A stretch of 64,000 nucleotides of DNA from an uncultured bacterium (GTDB lineage Bacteria; Patescibacteriota; Saccharimonadia; UBA4664): assembly GCA_963740635.1 (NCBI GenBank), contig CAVUEQ010000001.1, forward strand, positions 17,026 through 81,025. The letters run 5' to 3'. This document shows positions 17,526 to 26,160 of this stretch, one piece after another. A program made the position numbers and the translations under genes. Below the pieces are notes generated by a model. The model saw only the letters and a program-made list of their open reading frames with translations, made no database searches and was not told the origin of the DNA. Positions within the stretch are counted from its first letter, which is position 1, and each line of letters begins with the position of its first letter.

Positions 17526-18687
17526 ATGGCACAAGCGACAGAAATGACTATGGAGCAACTGCTGGCAGAAGCTCCAGTTGCCGGCATGAGCGCCGGCGAT
17601 GTAGTGGAAGGGACCGTGATCGCGGCCGAGAAGCACGAAGTGTGGCTCGACCTGGGGGCGCGCGGCACCGGATTGGTAGTGGGCCGCGAAATTGAGCATT
17701 CGCAGGACATTCAGCCGGGCGACACCATTTCGGCCTCGGTTCTAGACCCGGAGGACGACCGCGGATACGCGATCCTGAGCCTCAAGAAGGTGGCCAAAGA
17801 GAAGGGCTGGGAAAGCCTGGAAGAGCGCTTTAATAAAGGCGAAGTCTTTGGCGTGAACGCATTTGACGCCAACAAGGGCGGTTTGCTGATTGAAGTGGAT
17901 GGCATTCGCGGCTTTTTGCCGGTTTCTCAGCTGTCGGCTGAGAATTACCCGCGTGTATCCGGGGCCGACAAGGACGAAATTTTGCACCGGCTTAACTCGT
18001 TGGTGGGCAAGCAGCTCGACGTGCGCGTGCTTGACCTGAACCGCCGCGATAACAAGCTGATCTTGAGCGAGAAGGCGGCCAAGCGCGAAGACACCGAGAG
18101 CAAGGTGAGTAAGATGAAGGTCACAGACGTCGTAGAGGGCGTGGCGACCGGCGTGGTGGACTTCGGCATCTTTGTGAACGTCAATGGCGTTGAGGGCCTC
18201 GTACACATCTCTGAGATTGCCTGGGACCGCGTGGACAACCCCGCCAGCTACGTGAAAGTGGGCGACAAGGTGAAGGCCAAGATTATCTCGATTGACCGCG
18301 ACAAACTGAGCCTGAGCATGAAGCAGCTGATCCCAGACCCCGTGGATCAAGGACGCAGCCAAATACAAGGTGGGTGACGAGGTAGAGGGCAAGATTACCC
18401 GCATCACGCCGTTTGGAGCCTTCGTGCAGGTAACCCCGGCGATTGAGGCGCTAGTGCACATTAGCGAACTCTCGGACACCCACGTGGAAGATCCGTCGAC
18501 GTTGGTGAAGCTGGGCGAGACCAAGAAGTTCAGGATTATTGCGATCGACCCCGAATCGCACAAGCTCAGCCTGAGCCTCAAGAGCCGCAAGAAGGCCGAA
18601 GCCGGCGAGAAGGCCGAGAAGGACGCGCCGGCTGAGAAGAAGACCGCGGCCAAGAAGTCCGAGAAGACCGAGGCGGACGAGAAGTAA
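17526..18687 (+). pseudogene. rpsA: 30S ribosomal protein S1 (4 S1 domains), interrupted by a 1-nt frameshift
   Basis: Track ORFs 17469-18377 and 18370-18687 are two halves of one S1. Joining them by removing one C from the C4 run (18338-18341) gives ...KQLIPDPWIKDAAKYKVGDEVEGKITRITPFGAFV. GGAGGA RBS before the ATG at 17526. Confidence 0.8.
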
Positions 18688-18884
18688 TGCCTCACCAGCC
18701 GATGCGGCGGTGCCGGGTTTGCCGCACACCGCATACCAAGGCTGAAATGACGCGCTGGACTCTGGTTGCGGGCCGTTTGGTTGCGGATGAGGCCCAAACG
18801 GCCGCCGGAAGGGGTTACTATAGTTGCAGTGAACGTTGCGCCGAGATATTGCCCAAGACAGTGAAGGGCGTAAAGAAAGAGTAG
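18687..18884 (+). CDS. ylxR: YlxR/DUF448 family RNA-binding protein
   Basis: RRCRVCR motif near the N-terminus, about 65 aa, immediately upstream of infB. Confidence 0.7.
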   Translation: MPHQPMRRCRVCRTPHTKAEMTRWTLVAGRLVADEAQTAAGRGYYSCSERCAEILPKTVKGVKKE

Positions 18885-18888
18885 GAAA

Positions 18889-20658
18889 ATGGTCGACAGA
18901 GCTCCCCAAACGCAAGAACCAGTCACTATCCCCGAGGTAATCGGGGTGGGCGAGTTTGCGACGCGGCTGGGGTTGCCGGTGACGCGGGTGATCGGCGAAT
19001 TGATGAAAAACGGCGTGATGGCCACCATCAACGAGCAAATCGATTTTGACACGGCGGCGATTATTGGCGCCGAGCTGGGATTTGATGTGACGGCGGAGGT
19101 GGTGGAGGAAGAGGCCGGCGCAGAGAAGACGAAGCTGGCGGATGGCGAGGGCGTGGCGCGGCCGCCGATTGTGGCCGTGATGGGCCACGTGGACCACGGC
19201 AAAACCTCACTGCTGGACGCTATCCGCAGTACGCACGTGGCCGAGAAGGAGGCCGGCGGCATCACTCAGCACATTGGGGCCTACCAGATTAAGCGCGGCG
19301 AGCGGTGGATTACGTTTATTGACACGCCGGGCCACGAGGCGTTTTCGGCGCTGCGGCAGCACGGGGCGCGCATGACTGACGTGGCCATCATCGTGGTGGC
19401 AGCTGACGACGGTGTGAAGCCGCAGACCAAAGAGGCGATTCGGCACGCGCAAGAGGCCAAGGTGCAGCTGGTGGTGGCCGTCAACAAGATCGACAAGGAA
19501 GGGGCCGACCCGGTCCGGGTGCGCCAGGAGTTGAGCGAGCTGGGTCTTACCCCCGAGGAGTGGGGCGGTAATACCGTGATGGTGGATGTGTCGGCCAAGG
19601 CCGGGACCGGCATTGATAAGTTGATCGACGTGGTGCTGCTGGTGGCGGACATCGAAGAGCTGCGGGCGCGGCCGGACGGCGTGGCGGATGGGCAAATTGT
19701 GGAGTCGCATTTGGACCCGGGCAAAGGGCCGGTGGCCACGGTGTTGGTGCAAAACGGGCGGTTGGCCATGGGCGACTATTTGGTGGCCGGCTCGACTTAT
19801 GCAAAAGTGCGGTCGCTCGGTGACTTTCGGGGCAAGCGCATCCAGCACGCTGACCCGGGGATGCCGGCGGTAGTGATGGGCTTTAAGGCAGTTCCGTCGT
19901 TTGGCGATTTGTTTAGGGCTGTGGGGAGCGACAAAGAGGCCCGTGATGGAGCGGCTGCGGTATTGCGCCGGGAACAAACCAAGAGCCTCGGTATTAAGAA
20001 GATCGACGCTTCTCAGCTCAACGCGGCGATCGTGGCCGGCAACGTGCAAGAACTCAACGTGGTACTGAAGGCCGACACGCAGGGCTCGCTGGAGTCGCTG
20101 CTCGAGAGCCTGGAGACGCTGCGCAATGATGAAGTGGCGGTGAAGGTGGTGAGCTCGGCGGTGGGTGACATCTCCGAGAGCGACATCGCCTTTGCCAAAA
20201 CCGCGGGCGCGGTGCTGATCGGGTTTAACGTCGCGCTGCATTCGAGCCTGAAGGCGCTGGCTAACCGCGAGAAGGTGCAAGTGCGCCTGTACAAAGTAAT
20301 TTATGAATTGACCGATGACCTGCGTGACGCTTTGAGCCAGATGCTTAAGCCGGAGGTGGTGGAAACCGTGGTGGGCGAGCTCGAAATCAAAGGTGTGTTT
20401 AAGAGCACGAAGACCAATGTGGTGTGTGGCGGGACCGTTACCAGCGGACACATCGAGCCCAAGCTCAAGCTGCGGATCAAGCGCGCGGGTGAGGTGCAGG
20501 GTGAAGGTGAGCTGACGAGTTTGCAGAAGGACAAGCAGGTGGCCAAAGAGGCTTTTGAGGGCGACACTTGCGGTATGAGCGTGTCTACTGGGATGGGGAT
20601 TGAGTTGGGCGATACGCTAGAGTTTTACACGACTGAAACTAAAGCCCGCTCGCTGTAG
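18889..20658 (+). CDS. infB: Translation initiation factor IF-2
   Basis: GTPase motifs GHVDHGKT, DTPGH, NKID; full C-terminal domains. Confidence 0.97.
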   Translation: MVDRAPQTQEPVTIPEVIGVGEFATRLGLPVTRVIGELMKNGVMATINEQIDFDTAAIIGAELGFDVTAEVVEEEAGAEKTKLADGEGVARPPIVAVMGHVDHGKTSLLDAIRSTHVAEKEAGGITQHIGAYQIKRGERWITFIDTPGHEAFSALRQHGARMTDVAIIVVAADDGVKPQTKEAIRHAQEAKVQLVVAVNKIDKEGADPVRVRQELSELGLTPEEWGGNTVMVDVSAKAGTGIDKLIDVVLLVADIEELRARPDGVADGQIVESHLDPGKGPVATVLVQNGRLAMGDYLVAGSTYAKVRSLGDFRGKRIQHADPGMPAVVMGFKAVPSFGDLFRAVGSDKEARDGAAAVLRREQTKSLGIKKIDASQLNAAIVAGNVQELNVVLKADTQGSLESLLESLETLRNDEVAVKVVSSAVGDISESDIAFAKTAGAVLIGFNVALHSSLKALANREKVQVRLYKVIYELTDDLRDALSQMLKPEVVETVVGELEIKGVFKSTKTNVVCGGTVTSGHIEPKLKLRIKRAGEVQGEGELTSLQKDKQVAKEAFEGDTCGMSVSTGMGIELGDTLEFYTTETKARSL

Positions 20659-20665
20659 GTTCGAT

Positions 20666-20995
20666 ATGTCGCAGCGCGTAGCCAAAATCGAGAGTTTGAT
20701 TCAGCAAGTGGTGGCGACGGGGTTGGGGACGCAGCTGGGCGAAGATTCCGCCGCGGCCACGGTGACCCGGGTGGATGCAGCGCCTGATTTGCGCAATGCC
20801 ACGGTGTGGATTGGCCTATTGGGCAACGCGCAGGTGCAGAACGAGCTGTGGGTGCGCATCGAAGGTATGCAACATGAACTGCAGCGGGAGCTCGGAAAAA
20901 AACTGACGACAAAATTTGTTCCGCGGCTGCACTTGGCGCGCGACACCGGGGGTGAGTACGCCGCTGAGATCGACCGGTTGCTGCGCGGTTTGTGA
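20666..20995 (+). CDS. rbfA: Ribosome-binding factor A
   Basis: About 109 aa, R.A.IESLIQQ...VTRVD..PDLR.A.VW pattern, follows infB. Confidence 0.85.
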   Translation: MSQRVAKIESLIQQVVATGLGTQLGEDSAAATVTRVDAAPDLRNATVWIGLLGNAQVQNELWVRIEGMQHELQRELGKKLTTKFVPRLHLARDTGGEYAAEIDRLLRGL

Positions 20996-21045
20996 CCCAC
21001 ATGCCGCTTATGGTATATTTGGCCCAGATAAGGGCCTGATTTTGT

Positions 21046-24000
21046 ATGAGTGAATTTGGCGGCGGTCCGGGAGAACCGGGTCAACCTGGTGGACCGGGGG
21101 AAATAACTCCAGATGAGGCGCAGGGAAGGTCTGACCCTGGGCGCCATCGTGCAGAGACTTGGTGGGATCGCCGCAAGGCTAGGTCAGAACAGAAACTGGC
21201 CCAGCGGTTTGACGCCGAAGAAGCGCAGCGAGACCCCCAGGCACTCGCCACGTTCGACACGATTGAACTTCCGCAGCTCGGAGCGACACCCGAACAACTA
21301 GCGGAAGGGGAGCAGCGCTTTACCGACGAAGAACGCAAGCGTGCTCATTTGGCCGTCTATGATGCCGTGCCGGAAATTCCGCCCGGCCTTCAGGGAGAGG
21401 CAAAAAAGGCAGCCGAAGAGAGCAGGAACAATGAAGCCTGGCGGCGCGCGTGGCATCCTGCCGAGCAAGAGATATCTGCCGAGCTGGACTCTCGGCAGTC
21501 TGCCCGCACCTCGGAGGTGATCGCCAAGGCGGAATCCGACATGCAGCAGCAGGCAATCAAAGCCCGGCAAGCCATAGATGCTATCGAAATGCCACCAGAA
21601 GAGACTCCACCGGGTAGCGGGCCCGGTGAGCGCCAAGCCTTCTCGCGCGACGCACAACTCATCATGGATATGATCGGGAAGAAAAATCCTGTGCCAGGCG
21701 AGGCTCCGATGTTGTCTGACCGAACCGGAAAGGCATTCGAACAGATGATTGGTGAGTTGGAGAGGCAAGGAATAATTGGCCAACCGGTGGAAGTGTTGGA
21801 GCATGTTCGAGACCTGCGGTCTCCAACGGCAAGCCGCTTCGGGAAGGATGCGAAGCAACTGTGGCAGAATTTTCCGCTTGGCATTCTGACCGCTCCGAAG
21901 GCGCTGGCGGGGGAGCCCTTTAAGGTGTTTATGGATCGCAGGCGCTTATTTACGGGTAAAGGTATCCGGACCCGTTTGGCAGTGTCCCAAGTTACACATG
22001 GCGACCATCCGGATATGGCGGTAGTTGTTCGCTATGACCCTCAGGTAGTGAAAGATGACAAGGGTAAAGAGAAGACCCGGTTGGGCGGCTGGTGGCCCGC
22101 AAAAAAAGAAAATACGCCGGTGGCTATACAAGTTGTGCGGACAGAGAAAGATAAGAAGACGGGAGAGGGCAAGCCGGCGTTTGAGAAAAAAAGGGGGAAG
22201 GTGAAGGTAACTGCGGCTTTGCGGGCGGCTATTGATGCTGGCGATATCCAGACGGCGATTGTGCGGGCTCCGGGCAATAAGGTGCCTGATGTTGGGCCTG
22301 AGTGGGAAGGTCCAGAAGCAAGGCAGCCCGTAGCTTACGAAACCCATCTGGCCCGGATGGCGGACGAGGTGAGGCAGGACGACCCGGATTCTGATCCCCG
22401 GGCTTATCCGCTGGGAATGCTTCCCAAGGCCGGAAGCGAGGCTGATTTTGAGTCGATCGGGGCGCAAGTGTATGTGAATGCTCAGGGGAAAATGCAGGCG
22501 GCTAGTGATGATGAGCGAGCGGCGATAGAAGCGCGTCTTGGTCGCGACATGAAACGTATCAGACGGGATTATCTGGCCTGGAATGAAGCGAGGGGAAGCC
22601 AACAAGAGCACTTTACGGGGCCGCATGCGGAGGTGCAGCGGGCCGCGGCTACTTTGCCCGAGCTGGCGCCGATGGAGCAGGTTACGCCTTGGGTGCGGCC
22701 TCCCGATCCGGAGCCGCCGGCAGCCCCTGCCCCCGCTCCGGCGCCGCCGGTTGCGGATTCTCCGGATGTCGAGGCAGAACGTGAGCAAAAGCGGGCCGAG
22801 CGGATAGAAGACAGGAGGATTCGGCGGGAGCGGCTGCGTGAAGAGCGCGAATTGGACGCGAGAATCCGGGGTGAGGTCGAAGCTGCGGCGCAAGTCAATC
22901 GCGAGGCTGAACGCGTGGACACGGCCGGCAATACGACACTAGCTGGCGGGGGCGAAAGGGCACTGCCGACCGAGGGCCGGGTGAGTTGGACGGCGAGGCG
23001 GCCGGAAAAACTGGCCGAAGGGAAGTTCACCGGGTTTGACGATCTGGTGGAGACCGTGAGGCTTGACGATACCAATTTTGGCGTGCCGCCGGGTGGGCAA
23101 CTCTTGGATGGCCAGTTCGACCGGCTGTTGGCCGCAGCTCCGACAATTCAGGGTTTGGGCGAAATTGAGCGGGAAATGTGGATACGGGACGATATGGCTA
23201 AGAAAGCGGCCGAACTTCAAGGTGAGGTGGTGCCGGAGGATGAGGCCAGGCGCCGGGAGGCCAAGCTTGAGTCCTGGGTGCAGCGAATCAATGCCAAGCG
23301 GGCAGATTTGCGCACCGGCACCCGCCGCGAGCGCCGGCGCATCTGGGGCGAAGCGCATCCGGAGGCTGTCGCAGCTTCTGTTGCCCGGGCTGCCGCGGCC
23401 CAGCCCCCTCCGGATGCCGGTCAAGCGGCTCCAGACACCGGCCAAGCCGGGTCCACGCCGTCCATTGAGCCGCCCGAAGGGGGGGGTACTGGGCCGGCTC
23501 CAGGGGAGCGGCCATTACAGCCGGGAGCTATCCCTGAAGGCGAGGATCTGGCGCGTGAGCTTACGCCGGGTGAACGGGTGATGTTTGAACGTGTCAGGCG
23601 GGCACGTTCGGCGCAGCAACTGCGAGTTGTGGTCGAGGATGCGGCGGCAGGTGCTATGTTGGCCCGGGCTGATGTGACTGTGCCGGCTGGGGCGAGAGGG
23701 CTGGATCCCGACCAAATCGTAGCGCCTAAAGACGATTACATCTCGCGGAATTATCACGAACTGATTCGTGAACAGATGAGTGTCATTAATTCATACAAAA
23801 GGATGCGCGGTTATTTGATGCGGATCAAGGCAGATCGCGGGACTGAACTTGACAGGATGAAGGCGGCGTATGAGCCGGCAAACCTGCCGGAAGAACAGTT
23901 TGAGTGGAACGCCCGGGCCGTGGAAGATTTTTTGGATACAAACCCCCGTCGAGATATCAAAAACGAAATGCTGCGCCAGCTCGTTACCGCCGGCCACCTC

Positions 24001-24654
24001 GAAACTCGCGCATTGACTGAGGAGGAGGCTGCCCGTAATGCTCCTTACGATTTGGAGTACGCTCGAGAGCGCGTGCTGTTGTCTCCATCTGATCTCGGCG
24101 AGAAGGGTGAGGATCCGGTTGGGTTGGCGGTGCTGGGCAGGGTTGCTAGCTCCGAAGCTCCCCAAACGGATGAGCCCGCGGGTGGAAATATGCCTGAATC
24201 CGCGCTAGCCGGCGAGCGCGATGAGGTTGTGCCCGAAGCGGCAGCGGAACTAAGTCAGGAACCGGTCGAGAACCCGAGTGAGGCGAGCGAAAGAATCTTG
24301 AGGGAGGTTGAGGGGGCCTTCGGTAGCGGCGATCAAAAGCAGTATGAAGCCGCGTTGGCCGAGGCTGAAAGGCTGGGGCTATGGAGGTTCGTACCGGATT
24401 CCGACTTGCCATACGACATGGGGAGCACGGGTGATGATAGATCCGATGATTTCGTGAGGCGGGTGGTGGAGATGAACCAGCGCCATTCGTCCGCGCGGGA
24501 GCCAGTCGAGGATGAAATATCTGATGAGGGTGGAGAAGTTGATGATGAGCGGGCGAGGTCCGGGCGGCGTGAACGGGCCGAAAGCGGCGAAGAAGGTGGC
24601 CGGCGCCGGCGAAAGAAGCAAAAGCGTGACCGCCGGGGAGGAGGCGACCGCTAG
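21046..24654 (+). CDS. Large (1202 aa) highly charged E/R/A/P-rich protein of unknown function
   Basis: Long uninterrupted ORF with protein-like composition. No signal peptide, TM or catalytic motif recognised. Poly-basic C-terminus (RRRRKKQKRDRR). Confidence 0.75.
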   Translation: MSEFGGGPGEPGQPGGPGEITPDEAQGRSDPGRHRAETWWDRRKARSEQKLAQRFDAEEAQRDPQALATFDTIELPQLGATPEQLAEGEQRFTDEERKRAHLAVYDAVPEIPPGLQGEAKKAAEESRNNEAWRRAWHPAEQEISAELDSRQSARTSEVIAKAESDMQQQAIKARQAIDAIEMPPEETPPGSGPGERQAFSRDAQLIMDMIGKKNPVPGEAPMLSDRTGKAFEQMIGELERQGIIGQPVEVLEHVRDLRSPTASRFGKDAKQLWQNFPLGILTAPKALAGEPFKVFMDRRRLFTGKGIRTRLAVSQVTHGDHPDMAVVVRYDPQVVKDDKGKEKTRLGGWWPAKKENTPVAIQVVRTEKDKKTGEGKPAFEKKRGKVKVTAALRAAIDAGDIQTAIVRAPGNKVPDVGPEWEGPEARQPVAYETHLARMADEVRQDDPDSDPRAYPLGMLPKAGSEADFESIGAQVYVNAQGKMQAASDDERAAIEARLGRDMKRIRRDYLAWNEARGSQQEHFTGPHAEVQRAAATLPELAPMEQVTPWVRPPDPEPPAAPAPAPAPPVADSPDVEAEREQKRAERIEDRRIRRERLREERELDARIRGEVEAAAQVNREAERVDTAGNTTLAGGGERALPTEGRVSWTARRPEKLAEGKFTGFDDLVETVRLDDTNFGVPPGGQLLDGQFDRLLAAAPTIQGLGEIEREMWIRDDMAKKAAELQGEVVPEDEARRREAKLESWVQRINAKRADLRTGTRRERRRIWGEAHPEAVAASVARAAAAQPPPDAGQAAPDTGQAGSTPSIEPPEGGGTGPAPGERPLQPGAIPEGEDLARELTPGERVMFERVRRARSAQQLRVVVEDAAAGAMLARADVTVPAGARGLDPDQIVAPKDDYISRNYHELIREQMSVINSYKRMRGYLMRIKADRGTELDRMKAAYEPANLPEEQFEWNARAVEDFLDTNPRRDIKNEMLRQLVTAGHLETRALTEEEAARNAPYDLEYARERVLLSPSDLGEKGEDPVGLAVLGRVASSEAPQTDEPAGGNMPESALAGERDEVVPEAAAELSQEPVENPSEASERILREVEGAFGSGDQKQYEAALAEAERLGLWRFVPDSDLPYDMGSTGDDRSDDFVRRVVEMNQRHSSAREPVEDEISDEGGEVDDERARSGRRERAESGEEGGRRRRKKQKRDRRGGGDR

Positions 24655-25571
24655 AGCTGGTGGCCGCGGAGGAAGTCCCGGCCGGACATTTCGCGCTTAC
24701 CGGCGGGCTTGAGCGCATCGATGATGAGGCTGCCGGTGCCCGCGTAGGCGGCCAGGTCGCCGCCGGGGGTGGTGTAGGCGGAACCAGGCGGGCCCGAGGC
24801 GGTGCCGGTGTGAGCAGCTGTAATGGTGACCGGGGTGCCGGCCAGCTCGGTGCGGCTGCCGGGCCAGCCGAGGTAGGCCCGGACCTCGCGGGCCAGGAGG
24901 TCGGCCGGCTTGCTCCAGTCAATGTCGCCGTCGGATTTGCGGAGGCGGCCGGTGGTGGTGGCGTCGGCTACATCTTGCGGAATTGCTACTACCTGGCCGC
25001 TGAGGATAGCCGGCAACAGGGTGGTGAGCAGGTCGGCGCCGGTTTCGGCCAGGCGCTCGTAGAGTTGGGGGCGGGTTTCGGTGCCGTCGAGCTGAATTTT
25101 GGTGCTGTCGTAGGTGGGGCCGGTGTCGAGGCCGGGCTCGATTCGCATGAGCGTAACGCCGGTTTCATCGTCATTTGCGAGGATGGCCGACTCGATGGGC
25201 GAGGCGCCGCGGAAGCGCGGCAGCAGTGAGGCGTGGACGTTGATGAGGCCTTTGGGGAACAGCTCGAGGATGGCGGCCGGGATGATTTTGCCGTAGGCCA
25301 CAACCACGCCGGCGGTGGCGCCGGTGGCCGCGAGCTCGGTCTGGGCCGCTTCGAGGTTGTGGGGCTGGAGCACGGGGATGCCGGCGGCCGTTGCCAGGCG
25401 CTTAACGGCCGGTTCGCTGACCTGGCGGCCGCGGCCGGTCGGCGAATCGGGCTTGGTGACCACAGCGGCCACTTGCCAGCCGCCGGAGATGAGCGCTACC
25501 AGCGACGGCACGCTGAAGGCATCGGTGCCAAAAAAAACTACCTGGCCGTGGGGGGCGTGCCGCTGGCTCAC
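24651..25571 (-). CDS. fmt: Methionyl-tRNA formyltransferase
   Basis: VVFFGT..F, INVHASLLPRFRGASPI motifs; 4-nt overlap with def. Confidence 0.95.
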   Translation of the reverse strand: MSQRHAPHGQVVFFGTDAFSVPSLVALISGGWQVAAVVTKPDSPTGRGRQVSEPAVKRLATAAGIPVLQPHNLEAAQTELAATGATAGVVVAYGKIIPAAILELFPKGLINVHASLLPRFRGASPIESAILANDDETGVTLMRIEPGLDTGPTYDSTKIQLDGTETRPQLYERLAETGADLLTTLLPAILSGQVVAIPQDVADATTTGRLRKSDGDIDWSKPADLLAREVRAYLGWPGSRTELAGTPVTITAAHTGTASGPPGSAYTTPGGDLAAYAGTGSLIIDALKPAGKREMSGRDFLRGHQL

Positions 25572-26125
25572 GCTTGCCCAGCCGCTTCGAGCGGGTTAAG
25601 CGGTGTGAATTTGCCGTCGGCGCCGAGCTTAAACAGCTTGCGCGGGTTATCAACCCGGTCCACGAATACGATGCCGTTGGTGTGGTCGATTTCGTGCTGG
25701 AACACCCGGGCGAGGAAGCCGGTGGCGGTCACGCGTACCGGCCGGCCGTCGAGGTTAAGGGCCTTGACCTTGACCTTGGGGTAGCGCATGACGGCGCCGT
25801 AAATATCCCTCACGCTGAGGCAGCCTTCCAGCTCCTCGCTGGGCTCGCCCTCGGCCTTGGCGATTTCGGGGTTGATGAACACGCTGAACGACTTGTTGGC
25901 TTTGTCGTCGAAGTCGTCGCGAATGACGACCACCCGGAAGGCCTTGGCGACTTGGATGGCGGCCAGGGCGGCGCCAAATTCATGCTCGCGGGTGGCTTCC
26001 CAGTCCAGAGTGGCTGAGATCATGCCGGCGGCCAGCGCCCGGATTTCCGCGTCGATATGGCCGATGCGCTTGGACCGCGTGCGCAGGAGGGGGTTAGGAA
26101 TGGTGATGATATCTTTCAGCGTCAT
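25568..26125 (-). CDS. def: Peptide deformylase
   Basis: GAALAAIQV, EGCLS and HEIDH motifs. Confidence 0.95.
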   Translation of the reverse strand: MTLKDIITIPNPLLRTRSKRIGHIDAEIRALAAGMISATLDWEATREHEFGAALAAIQVAKAFRVVVIRDDFDDKANKSFSVFINPEIAKAEGEPSEELEGCLSVRDIYGAVMRYPKVKVKALNLDGRPVRVTATGFLARVFQHEIDHTNGIVFVDRVDNPRKLFKLGADGKFTPLNPLEAAGQA

Positions 26126-26160
26126 TTGGAGGCTATTTTACAGGAGTATTCTGGCTAGAG

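Noticed and set aside
18331-18377. Programmed +1 ribosomal frameshift in rpsA
   Set aside because: No in-frame stop or rare codon at the shift site and no upstream SD-like stimulator were recognised. A homopolymer error or a true mutation is more parsimonious. The frameshift itself is kept as a finding.
17742-19265. 507-aa ORF on the minus strand
   Set aside because: It is antisense to rpsA, ylxR and infB, whose products have clear family motifs. Its composition (S/A/P/R-rich, no motifs) is typical of shadow ORFs in GC-rich DNA.
19207-20451. 414-aa minus-strand ORF
   Set aside because: It is antisense to infB and is a shadow ORF.
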